A stretch of DNA of 64,000 nucleotides from a virus: the IMG/VR virus record IMGVR_UViG_3300001798_000001, one strand, 5' to 3'. The position numbers and the translations under genes are program-made. The notes under the pieces are model-generated. The model saw only the letters and a program-made list of their open reading frames with translations. It did not search any database and had not been told where the DNA came from. Shown here one piece after another: positions 44,051-53,304 of the stretch. Every line of letters starts with the position of its first letter. Positions within the stretch are counted from its first letter, which is position 1.

Positions 44051-44392
44051 CTATTTCATCTTCACGATTAGATTCATCTTCGCCAACTCACACGCGTGAA
44101 CGTCGTCGAAGCAGATGTCGACCTCTTCTTCACACGCGGTCTTGTCATAGCATCGGTCGACATACCGCTCAAGGCCATACCGACGCACGGTCTGCTCGGC
44201 CCAATCCTTACCTCCCCCGCTCCACACAATGATGCGGGTATTCTTCATCTTTTTTGAAAGAATTTGCATCAGCAAAATCACTTCGAGATTCACCGACGAT
44301 GGAGGACGCAGGTGTGTGGGCGTCAGTGGTGGTATACCCTCGTTATTGAGGATGGTACCGTCGACGTCGAATGCGATGACAATTTCTTTCAT
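44051..44392 (-). CDS. HAD-superfamily phosphatase-like protein
   Basis: IAFDVDGTI, VWSGGG, CFDD motifs. Confidence 0.82.
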   Translation of the reverse strand: MKEIVIAFDVDGTILNNEGIPPLTPTHLRPPSSVNLEVILLMQILSKKMKNTRIIVWSGGGKDWAEQTVRRYGLERYVDRCYDKTACEEEVDICFDDVHACELAKMNLIVKMK

Positions 44393-44509
44393 ATATTTAG
44401 CAGGCGCCCCCGCCACCTCCTCTTAAATCTTTAAATGGATGAGATGGCGGACACCCGTCTCCATGGGGACAGAACCGGAAGAGCCAACCGAAAAAATGGT
44501 AGATTTTTT

Positions 44510-44707
44510 TCATAGAGTTTCCTTTTTAGGTTTGTAGGGAACACGAACCTTGAATATCTCATCTCCTTCCGCAGAGTCTCTACTCTCATAGAGAATGACG
44601 TATGGCACCTTACCAGAATAGTAATTCACACCAAGGTAAAATTCCTTTTCAGTTTCCGCACCTTCCAATATCAATTCTTTTTCGTTATTTGTGTTTGAAT
44701 CAATCAT
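44510..44707 (-). CDS. Hypothetical protein (65 aa)
   Basis: Operon-packed ORF. Confidence 0.55.
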   Translation of the reverse strand: MIDSNTNNEKELILEGAETEKEFYLGVNYYSGKVPYVILYESRDSAEGDEIFKVRVPYKPKKETL

Positions 44708-44708
44708 A

Positions 44709-45155
44709 TTATTTTTTAGACCACTTTTTACAGAGCTTCATGTGTCCCGCGTACGCATCAGTTGCGGTGTTGTAACCCTCCATGTCTAATTCGCCACTCG
44801 TCATTTTCCACGGACAGCATTTGTATTTTGCGTCTGCCGTCTTTTCTTTCACCGCCCTAAACACCATCGTCTCGTAAGTGCGCGACATGCCAAGTTCAGT
44901 AAAGCCAAACTTTTTATGATATGCCGCGTCGAAATAGTCTCCCTTCAAGTGAAGGTTCGCTTGGTACCACTTCTTGTCGTGAATCTCTGCGTGAATGCGG
45001 CGCACTGCCTGATCGGGCCAGTACTCACCAACCGTCGACACAATATATTTACCGACACGCGTGTTGAGGTGAAAACGACAGTCGTTGCCGACAATGAGAT
45101 GCCCCGCATGTGGCATCCAGACCCATTTCTCCTTTGGCACCGTTTTTTTATTCAT
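44709..45155 (-). CDS. Hypothetical protein (148 aa)
   Basis: Operon-packed; YIVSTVG...YETMVF...H is a recurrent phage pattern. Confidence 0.7.
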   Translation of the reverse strand: MNKKTVPKEKWVWMPHAGHLIVGNDCRFHLNTRVGKYIVSTVGEYWPDQAVRRIHAEIHDKKWYQANLHLKGDYFDAAYHKKFGFTELGMSRTYETMVFRAVKEKTADAKYKCCPWKMTSGELDMEGYNTATDAYAGHMKLCKKWSKK

Positions 45156-45669
45156 ATTTGAACCACTTGTAGTATTCCATCTGCTCGTCGCCCGCGTGAA
45201 TTACGAGGAGCGGAAGGCCGTTTTTAATACGCCACCAATTCATAAAGATGCGACCTGTACGTCCGTTGCCATCTTCAAATGGATGAATTCTCTCATACTG
45301 AACGTGTAAGTTTTTCGATCGCTCTTCGAGGATTTCAGGACTCATGTTTTCGAACGTCATGTTCATTGCTTCGATCCAGTCTTCGATCGCGTATCCAACT
45401 GAAGCGGAATTCAACGCTTTGTTTCCTCCAATATAGACATCAACATTTCGAAGCATCCCTCGACCGCCCATGCCAACAATCCTGTGATCATCCCATGCCT
45501 CCGGCGGTTCCATCAGGAATGCGTGGGTACGAAGCACGTCGTTGAGGGAAAGTGAGGAACGGCCGTTTATATAATTCCACGCCTCGATCGAAGCGTTGAG
45601 ACAAACCTCACCGAATTTTCCTTCAATCCGGTTCGACTCATCTAAGAAAATTATTTCGTCTCGTTCCAT
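45148..45669 (-). CDS. Fic-domain AMP transferase, class II (internal inhibitory helix)
   Basis: Canonical HPFEDGNGRTGR; N-terminal ESNRIEG matches (S/T)xxxE(G/N). Confidence 0.92.
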   Translation of the reverse strand: MERDEIIFLDESNRIEGKFGEVCLNASIEAWNYINGRSSLSLNDVLRTHAFLMEPPEAWDDHRIVGMGGRGMLRNVDVYIGGNKALNSASVGYAIEDWIEAMNMTFENMSPEILEERSKNLHVQYERIHPFEDGNGRTGRIFMNWWRIKNGLPLLVIHAGDEQMEYYKWFKYE

Positions 45670-45670
45670 A

Positions 45671-45802
45671 TTATTCTGGTTCGTCTGCTTCTATTACACA
45701 CCCACACGAACATCGGGAGTGTTCGAATTTACAACCACCATCAATGCGGCACGAGCAATCACACCCGCAATCCGCACAGGCATCGTCGGCTTCTCGTTCC
45801 AT
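45671..45802 (-). CDS. Metallothionein-like microprotein (43 aa, 9 Cys)
   Basis: MEREADDACADCGCDCSCRIDGGCKFEHSRCSCGCVIEADEPE; its stop lies 1 nt before the Fic ATG. Confidence 0.7.
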   Translation of the reverse strand: MEREADDACADCGCDCSCRIDGGCKFEHSRCSCGCVIEADEPE

Positions 45803-45810
45803 TATTTCGT

Positions 45811-46368
45811 CTAAGCCCATATACCGTTTTTAGACAACAAAGAACCCGTGAGGGTTCCGTGTCGCACAGCTTTTCGCTGATTTCCCATACCTATACTAGC
45901 AAGAACAGACGCCATTCCAAATGCCTGTTTTCTCTCATTCTGCTTCGTCCACTCCCACACTTTTTCCAACCAACTGACACGGTATTTCTGACCCTTCTTT
46001 TGGCGACCGTCGCGCTCTTCCATATATCCAAGGATTTCAAGGGTACGAAAACATCCTTCAATCTCACGTCCTACACCATGCAATTTAACAGTAAAGAAAA
46101 GCCACCCCCGAATCATTGTCAGCCAGAAAAGCAACTCTGCAAATTCTGTCGCGACTAAAAGTACCGGGCTGTCAAACCACACACGCGCCGTAAGAGAGAG
46201 GAGAAACGTGATGACGGCACAGGTTTCAAGGAAGCGGGAACGTGAAGAGAGGGCCAACTGGCGATCTCCCTCAACAAACAGCGCGTCAATATACTTACTT
46301 AACTCACTCACCTTGAACTCGGCTTCCTGCCGACGCATTGACTGCTCCTCTTGCGTCATTTCCTTCAT
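45811..46368 (-). CDS. Membrane protein (two TM helices)
   Basis: Two hydrophobic segments. Confidence 0.65.
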   Translation of the reverse strand: MKEMTQEEQSMRRQEAEFKVSELSKYIDALFVEGDRQLALSSRSRFLETCAVITFLLSLTARVWFDSPVLLVATEFAELLFWLTMIRGWLFFTVKLHGVGREIEGCFRTLEILGYMEERDGRQKKGQKYRVSWLEKVWEWTKQNERKQAFGMASVLASIGMGNQRKAVRHGTLTGSLLSKNGIWA

Positions 46369-46370
46369 AT

Positions 46371-46652
46371 TTATTCGTCGGTTTTCAAACTGTCTGCAGT
46401 TGATTTTGCGAACTCCGCTGCCTTTCTGGTCGGATATACATCAAGAATTTCCTGCTTCATACTCGGCATTGGTTTGCCCTCTTCAAAATGATACGCATCG
46501 CTGCCGTATCCGAGCCGCCCCATCGACCGGGCGGTCGACGATACTATCTTCGCAAAGAATTCTGAAGCCTCGTGCAACTTGTCGAAATAGAAATCGGCGC
46601 TGCCTATCTCTACAACGAAGAATGTTTTTTTGACTTTATCAATTCCATCCAT
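46371..46652 (-). CDS. Hypothetical protein (93 aa)
   Basis: Operon-packed ORF. Confidence 0.65.
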   Translation of the reverse strand: MDGIDKVKKTFFVVEIGSADFYFDKLHEASEFFAKIVSSTARSMGRLGYGSDAYHFEEGKPMPSMKQEILDVYPTRKAAEFAKSTADSLKTDE

Positions 46653-46673
46653 ACACCGTTTATTATTTATCTG

Positions 46674-46856
46674 TTAAATCCAACCAAGTATTCTAAGGGC
46701 AAGCGGCACAACTAGCAACGCGCCGATCAAAGAATAAATCCACGTCTTATATGAGTAAGGATCCCTCTCTGTCCCGAAAACGAGCGGCATGAATAAAATG
46801 TCGATCACTTTCAAACCAAGAACAAACACAGCGAGGATAGTAAGAAGGGTATCCAT
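46674..46856 (-). CDS. Small two-TM membrane protein (60 aa)
   Basis: Two hydrophobic helices. Confidence 0.65.
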   Translation of the reverse strand: MDTLLTILAVFVLGLKVIDILFMPLVFGTERDPYSYKTWIYSLIGALLVVPLALRILGWI

Positions 46857-46857
46857 A

Positions 46858-47304
46858 TTATTTTTTCTTCTTCGGTTCTGGATTCACGTTACCGAGCTTG
46901 ACGAAGCGATCTTCTGAACCTGTCGCGTCAATAAAATCGCAATCAGGTGCCGCATTTTTTCTGTACCATCGTAAACTCCTACACTGTTCGAGACGAACCA
47001 AGTCTCGCGGTGAAGGCTTAAAGTTCTTTCCATCTCTACTAACACTCATTGAAACAGAAAAACCGGAACCATTGACTCCTTTTACAGAATAAGGCCTCTC
47101 TCCTTCTATACTTCTCACAAGTGCATAGCGTTCCTGATATACAGGAACCGAAACCATCAACTCTGACATAACGGGAACTCCCGTCTCAAACTCTACACGA
47201 ACCCCAATACTACTTCTCTCGATTCCGCGAACACGGATGTCGACACCCCCAATCTCACGATTGAGATGATTGATGCAGTTAGTGGCCCACTTCTTGAAAC
47301 TCAT
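46858..47304 (-). CDS. Hypothetical protein (148 aa)
   Basis: Operon-packed ORF. Confidence 0.6.
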   Translation of the reverse strand: MSFKKWATNCINHLNREIGGVDIRVRGIERSSIGVRVEFETGVPVMSELMVSVPVYQERYALVRSIEGERPYSVKGVNGSGFSVSMSVSRDGKNFKPSPRDLVRLEQCRSLRWYRKNAAPDCDFIDATGSEDRFVKLGNVNPEPKKKK

Positions 47305-47307
47305 ACT

Positions 47308-47760
47308 TTAATAGGTTAATTCCTCCACCTTATAATCAGTGCCACCATCCTTGCGAAGTTTTTCAACGTCTTCGCGGTTCGGATAATACTGGTTTCGAAT
47401 CAGGGCGTCACTCATTTGAGAGAGTGGCACTTCCTGTTTCAGCGCGCGCTTCTTGTGGAAGTTATAGAAGACGCACACCTGCTTCCCTCCGTCGCGTTCG
47501 ACAACACGACCACCGAGAGCATTGCAAATCTGAATTCCGATACCGGAGCCAGACTCCTCACTATCATCTGCCTTCGACGATTTTTTAATCGTATAGGCAG
47601 GAAACACTCGTGCATGGAGTTCACGGATGCCCGTAAACACCACCGACGAATCGCTTTCGTACCCACGCGCCTCGCGTATTTCAGTGATCATCTCACTGAT
47701 ACGTTCCGGGGGGCGTACAGTCAGCGTCTTTGTGCGTTTTCTGGTACCGCTTTTAGCCAT
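47308..47760 (-). CDS. Ribbon-helix-helix-like regulator
   Basis: KTLTVRPPERISEMITEIREARGYESDSSVVFTGIREL RHH pattern. Confidence 0.65.
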   Translation of the reverse strand: MAKSGTRKRTKTLTVRPPERISEMITEIREARGYESDSSVVFTGIRELHARVFPAYTIKKSSKADDSEESGSGIGIQICNALGGRVVERDGGKQVCVFYNFHKKRALKQEVPLSQMSDALIRNQYYPNREDVEKLRKDGGTDYKVEELTY

Positions 47761-47768
47761 ACAGATTG

Positions 47769-47813
47769 AGTATATTAGATGTTAATGAATAAGCAACGAA
47801 ATGGTGTGGATAA
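47769..47813 (-). promoter_or_regulatory. Promoter of the leftward accessory operon with a DnaA box
   Basis: TTATCCACA-8-TTGCTT-16-TATACT-8-ATG; nearly identical to the 36258-36285 motif. Confidence 0.75.
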
Positions 47814-47844
47814 AACGGGCGCAAAGTGCGTCCGTTAGCACCGC

Positions 47845-47985
47845 CTAGTCATTTCCCCTTATTTTGCGCCAAACTACTGTGACAATCAGGAACAGTACCA
47901 CGCCGATTGACGCGCCAATTCCTCCATAGATGGCGTAGCCCACGAGTCCGAAGACCAACCATCCGATCCATTCGAATCGTTCCAT
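47845..47985 (-). CDS. Small membrane peptide (46 aa, MERFEWIGWLVFGLVGYAIYGG...)
   Basis: Hydrophobic core with a basic tail (WRKIRG). Confidence 0.65.
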   Translation of the reverse strand: MERFEWIGWLVFGLVGYAIYGGIGASIGVVLFLIVTVVWRKIRGND

Positions 47986-48056
47986 AAATTACTATGTAAT
48001 TAAGTTTTCCCTTATTTTAAGTTTGATAAATCTATCACGCCGAGAGGGACGGCCGC

Positions 48057-48200
48057 TTAACTAACGTACGGCACCGTCGGCTTTTTGAAGGATGTTTCGT
48101 ATATAAATGCAGCGAGACGCTTTGTATCAAGCTCTCCGGCATCATTAGTGATGTGTTTCACTATACGTTTTATTTCTTCTTCTTCCGTTGACCAAAACAT
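48057..48200 (-). CDS. Hypothetical protein (47 aa, MFWSTEEEEIKR...) spanning the unit junction
   Basis: Reads uninterrupted across 48181/48182. Confidence 0.6.
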   Translation of the reverse strand: MFWSTEEEEIKRIVKHITNDAGELDTKRLAAFIYETSFKKPTVPYVS

Positions 48201-49160
48201 ATTTTTTATTTTCGTTACACGCGTTCGACTATCTCGCGCGGTTAGGTAAAAAGACGGGAATACGGGGGCCGGTACCCGTCGGGATGATCCCGATAAACAC
48301 CATACTGCCACCGGCACCAATTTTTGAAACTTTCATCAGGACGGATCGCGCCATGCAAAAAGGCTTCCGCATAGGCGACGTGTAGCTCGCTCAACAGAAT
48401 TTTTTCATCCGTGTGAGACTCGAACCATCTTTTAAATGAAAGTTTTTGCATTTATGCGTTATCGTGATCGATAATTTCTACCTCAATATCGGGTGTCAAC
48501 TGTGATGTGCATTCTGCTACGCCGCCTCGAACCTCAATCACCACCTTTCGTGGGTGTTGCTCGCGAATCCAAGTAACGAACGCTCCCCATTGTTTTTCTA
48601 CGAACGCAAGCATCTCTACAAAAGAGGCACCATCCTCCATGTGGATGCGGTGCTTGTAGTATGCGCGGACACTTTCTTCGAATGTCATTTTTTTTTTAGT
48701 TAAGGGTTAATAAGAGGGTATGAATCAGGGCTTACGACCTTTGCCCTTATGTGACTCCCGCCCCCTATGTTTGCCCTTATATTGAGGCCGCACTTTTTAT
48801 TTTCCAATAAAAAAACCGGCTCGCGCGTGCGTAACTGCCGGTTTCTTTTCCCCGTCTGATTTTATTGCGGGGTTTCTTAACCTTAATCTAGCCACTTCCG
48901 GCCACCTTCGGGCCGGTACAATTTGTCCTTTTCTCTGCGGAACTGCTTGACAATCTTCCCGTCAATCCATAGCGTCCACTGATCTATTTTCCAATTTCCG
49001 CGCGCGTCCGGCGATAGTTTTTCATGCGTGATTTTTACGTCCGCAATCTGCCTATTATCCATAGCGTCGCCCACGATCGCCCTAAACTGAAGATTACTAT
49101 TCGCGCCCTGCGTTTTCTGCGTGCGCTCACTCGTGATGTAAGAGTATATCCGCATACGAT

Positions 49161-49877
49161 TTATTTTCCGTCTGCATTAATACAACCACACCGGCCATCT
49201 TCGTCCTGATCTTTGAAACACACTCCGCAAAATTTGCGATTCAGTGCGTCCGCGATCTCTTCTTTTATGGCCTCTTCAGCACTTGCGAGGATACCGCCCT
49301 CTAGGGCCTCCGTCGCTTGTATTTGTATAATGCGCTCGTATTCTTCTACTCCCTCCCACAGTCCGCGATCGCCTGAAGAGTACTCGGACAATTCATCTAT
49401 ACACTGCATGGCCTCAATTAAAGCCGATGTATTGTTATAAATGAAATGGCCGTCCGCGTACTCCCATGCCCGATTAACGATATCGTCGCTTTGGTATAGC
49501 TCGTCGTAAATTTCTTTTACCGCGTCGCTATCCGCGTCGTACTCGTCGCCCTCTTTTAGGGCCTCTCGCACCCCGTCCTCGTTGTTTTCGCGGTATTGTT
49601 TCACACCCACCGCGATCTCATCGGACAAGTCGCCGGCGATATCTTTTCCCATACCTTCGGCTTGCGCTCGCCAATCCATAGGCTCCTTATGTTCGGACGT
49701 ATTGAACAAGTGACGCATGGCGCTGTAGCCCTGCTCTATCTCGTTTTTACACGCTTCAATGAACTGATCGCTTGCGCGCTCTTCGGCTTGTAGCCGTGCC
49801 TCTCCTAGGCTCTCGGCTTCAATCTCAAACGTGCGCGCGTACTCCACTACAACTTTATAAGTAGCTTTTTTCTGCAT
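49161..49877 (-). CDS. ocr: Ocr-like protein (second copy)
   Basis: Identical to 980..1696. Confidence 0.7.
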   Translation of the reverse strand: MQKKATYKVVVEYARTFEIEAESLGEARLQAEERASDQFIEACKNEIEQGYSAMRHLFNTSEHKEPMDWRAQAEGMGKDIAGDLSDEIAVGVKQYRENNEDGVREALKEGDEYDADSDAVKEIYDELYQSDDIVNRAWEYADGHFIYNNTSALIEAMQCIDELSEYSSGDRGLWEGVEEYERIIQIQATEALEGGILASAEEAIKEEIADALNRKFCGVCFKDQDEDGRCGCINADGK

Positions 49878-49931
49878 ATTCTTTTGTCAATGAACGCACG
49901 CGCACGCTCGCGCGTCGGGAGTAACGTACCC

Positions 49932-49969
49932 CCGCTATACCGGCTTAAACGTTTAAGCCGGTATAGCGG
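49932..49969. repeat. Perfect 38-bp palindrome (second copy)
   Basis: Identical to 1751..1788. Confidence 0.97.
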
Positions 49970-50336
49970 ACGCGCGTTACCACGCACCGCCGAACAATGC
50001 CACCACCAACAGAAACCCTATCAGCGCTCCCAAATGATGAAGATTCTTTTTTAGTTTAGGATTCATGTTATTTGTAATTTAATACTTTCTCATCTTCACA
50101 TACGAGCCACCGTAACCCGTCGTATACCCATAGCGTAAACACCCAATTTTCTAAACAGTCGGCGATTGTCCACCCCTTCAGCGTTGTATCCTCGTACCCG
50201 TCCATGTCGGCCCATTCGCGAAACTGATTTTTTAACTCCTCTTCACCCTCAAAAATACGACCGGCGCCGAACCTTGCACCTTGCCCGTCCTCAATCGTGA
50301 AGTATTTTTTATCCTCGTGTAGTACGATCATATATT

Positions 50337-51332
50337 TTAATCAATCCAAAACGTCCCACACACCCCGCATTTATTCCCGCATGGAAACTCATTGCGATAT
50401 GGCGTATCGGCGTGCCTGTTAATGTTCATGTCTCCGAACGTGCATATTTTCGTTTGCTCCCATTTCCGCGTTAACCTTTCCTCACGCTTCGCGCTCTCGC
50501 TCACTTCGGGTATCACAATAGCAACATCGTCCGCGAGGGTACCGGCCTTGGCGCGCGATATTTCCGCGTCATCAAAGCTCACCTGTCCGGCTATTTCATT
50601 CCATGAGTAACCGTTACCCTTCGCGCGATCTAAGCGCACACACTCAAGAAATGCGCTTCGTGGGATTGCGATCTTAAATATCGCATTGTCCCCTAACCAG
50701 TTACTACCTTGCCCGCGATCCACGGTACCAAAATAGGCCCCGTCAATAATGATCACATCCTCAATTTCCCGATCCTTACCGTGTAAAACTTCCACGGCCG
50801 TTTCCGGATCAAGATAAAAATAAAACTGCGCCGGCGCGCTATAAAAGCTCTCATTTATAACGCTTACGATCTCCTTTTTCTGCGCCTCCGTGCGCGCGTA
50901 CTTCTTAGTCAACACTTCCAAACTCTCCTTATCGTTCACCTCCGCATAGTCCGGCGTTTCAACATAGAACAGCTTTCTGCCCGTATTTTTCAGCATTGCG
51001 CGGGCCGGATCGCTCGTATTGCTAGAATACAGAAAATCCCGCATTTTTTCCTCTACCTCATCACTCAATTCGTCGGCTTCAACTTCACGACGATATTTTT
51101 CTGTTATGTTATGCACCTCGTCGGACTCGGCGTCTCCAAACCATTCCATTTCACTCTCACGATAACCTTCGGCTAGGTATTTCTGTAGTGCCTCTAAATT
51201 TTCATCAAAGCTATCCCGATAATCTATATATACAAGATCAACCCCATTAGGGTACTCGTCGCGCAACCAATTAAGCGCATGGATCACATCATCTTGTATT
51301 TTCACTGCTTTTGTGCGTTTTTCCGTTTTCAT
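50337..51332 (-). CDS. Acidic hypothetical protein (second copy)
   Basis: Identical to 2156..3151. Confidence 0.75.
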   Translation of the reverse strand: MKTEKRTKAVKIQDDVIHALNWLRDEYPNGVDLVYIDYRDSFDENLEALQKYLAEGYRESEMEWFGDAESDEVHNITEKYRREVEADELSDEVEEKMRDFLYSSNTSDPARAMLKNTGRKLFYVETPDYAEVNDKESLEVLTKKYARTEAQKKEIVSVINESFYSAPAQFYFYLDPETAVEVLHGKDREIEDVIIIDGAYFGTVDRGQGSNWLGDNAIFKIAIPRSAFLECVRLDRAKGNGYSWNEIAGQVSFDDAEISRAKAGTLADDVAIVIPEVSESAKREERLTRKWEQTKICTFGDMNINRHADTPYRNEFPCGNKCGVCGTFWID

Positions 51333-52462
51333 ATTTCTATACTACGCTTTTAATATGCGCGATCTTTAAAACGGCCGTGATCGCTTCACTGAACGTTTTC
51401 CCGTGCGCTATATAGCCTCCCGTGCCTCCGCGATACTTAGGCGCGCGCATGAGCGCGACATATGAACCTGCAACTTTTTGAACGATCATATTGCTATTTA
51501 CAAGTTATGTGTTCTGGATAATTGATACAGTATTCACCCGTAACGCTCTGCAATGCGATCATTGCAAGCGGTACTAAGGCGAGCATTGCAATGGCGAGCG
51601 AGACACCCGCCACGATCTGAAGGCCCTTGAAAATGACCCTAGCCCGAACGCGGGCCACAGTATTACTCTCTTCTAGTGCGAGGATGACGGCCGTTTTCAC
51701 TCCCGAAAACTGTACCACGTTCTCACTTTTTATATTTGTCATTGTGCGTTTTTAGTTTTATAATGCTGAAATAATGGCGTTTTTCGGTAAGACAATATAT
51801 GTATCACCGTACGCTCTCTGGTAGTATAGGCGTACTTGCATAGTAAGTCAAGCGTATATACAGAAAGAGTACCAAAATAGTGGATAAAAACACCAATACA
51901 ATACATATTTTAAACAATGTCAATAGTATACGGCTCAACAAAGCCATATTTTAACACTCAAACGGCCGACATTTGACGCATAGGATAGGCCATATAAAAA
52001 AAATAAATCTTTTTTTCTTACTAATTTAAATACAATATCCCATTTTTGAAGCTAGCTCACTTTTAGTAATCAGAAAAGAAAAAAAATATATATGTCTTTA
52101 TAGGCCCCTCTCCCCCTTTTGGCGTTTTTTACCCTGTTTGACAAGATCGCCCGAAACGCGGAAAGCACCCCCAAAACACACTAAACGGCTATATTGAGCC
52201 ATATAATACTTCATACAATGTTATATTGTACGCACTAGCCCTATAATAGCCATAATATAAGCCATTATCAGACCCCACCGATACCCCCGACACCGCCCAC
52301 CCACGGAAGGAAAAAATACCGTTTGGGAGGTCACATCAGATCGCGGGTCGTTTTCGGTACCCCGGCACCCAAGGGAGGGGGTGGGTACCTTGTACGGGAG
52401 AATCCACAAAAATTTTTCCAGAAAATTTGACAGGGTTCACTACATCGTATATTATACGAAGT

Positions 52463-53278
52463 ATGGATACAGAACGAACGGTGAGCGACTTTTTGTCGCA
52501 ACTTCAAAAGGAGGGGTACTCTCCACACACGATTAAAAATTATCAGCGCGGCCTCGATACCTTCCTGAAAAAATTTAAGGGAGACGTCACACTAAAAAAT
52601 ATCGAAGCGGCCCTCCTCCCCACTCGCTCAAACGGCAGTCTCTCCCACAAGTCCAAGAACATCGTCATCATCCCCGTGCGTCGATGGGTCGCGTTTCTCA
52701 ATGAGAAGCACGGCACGGCCATTCCCGTCGAGCAGATCAAGACCGAGCGCAATCGAAATGGTCGCAAGAAACTCGACCTCCCCGAAAAGGAAGAGGTGCG
52801 CGCCTACTTAAGTTTCAGAGACACTCCACTGTCTGACGTTGTGGTAAATCTCCTCTTCGATACCGGGCTTCGACTGTCTGAATTGATGGCACTCAAAGTT
52901 GGAGATGTGCGCGAGCGATTCTCTATGGTCGGGAAAGGAAATAAGCAGCGCCCGGTCTACTGCACCGCGAAAGTTGTTGCTCTGGTCAACGTGTATGTGA
53001 AGACTAATAAGCTCGAACAGGGACAGCCGTTATTCCCGTACTCAAATCGGTGGATACAGCAGTTGCTCGAAGAGCGACAGGTACGGTCTGGGGTTCGCAA
53101 AAATATCACCGCACACACCCTGCGCCACCTCTATGCCGTGAACATGTTGCAGAATGGTGCCTCACTGCGCGCCATCCAAGAACTCCTTGGCCATTCGTCG
53201 ATATTGACCACGCAGATTTATACGACCGTGACCGATCAGCACCTTGACCAAACATATAAACAGTTCCACAAAAGGTAG
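52463..53278 (+). CDS. Xer-like tyrosine recombinase (second copy)
   Basis: Identical to 4282..5097. Confidence 0.93.
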   Translation: MDTERTVSDFLSQLQKEGYSPHTIKNYQRGLDTFLKKFKGDVTLKNIEAALLPTRSNGSLSHKSKNIVIIPVRRWVAFLNEKHGTAIPVEQIKTERNRNGRKKLDLPEKEEVRAYLSFRDTPLSDVVVNLLFDTGLRLSELMALKVGDVRERFSMVGKGNKQRPVYCTAKVVALVNVYVKTNKLEQGQPLFPYSNRWIQQLLEERQVRSGVRKNITAHTLRHLYAVNMLQNGASLRAIQELLGHSSILTTQIYTTVTDQHLDQTYKQFHKR

Positions 53279-53304
53279 ATGACCGTTTGGTGTACACTAG
53301 GTGT

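Noticed and set aside
1-48181. Diversity-generating retroelement or retron
   Set aside because: No reverse transcriptase motif (YxDD) in any ORF and no TR/VR pair seen near the fibre genes.
1-48181. Alternative genetic code (stop reassignment)
   Set aside because: Long ORFs are intact in code 11, and TAA, TAG and TGA all end genes at operon-consistent positions.
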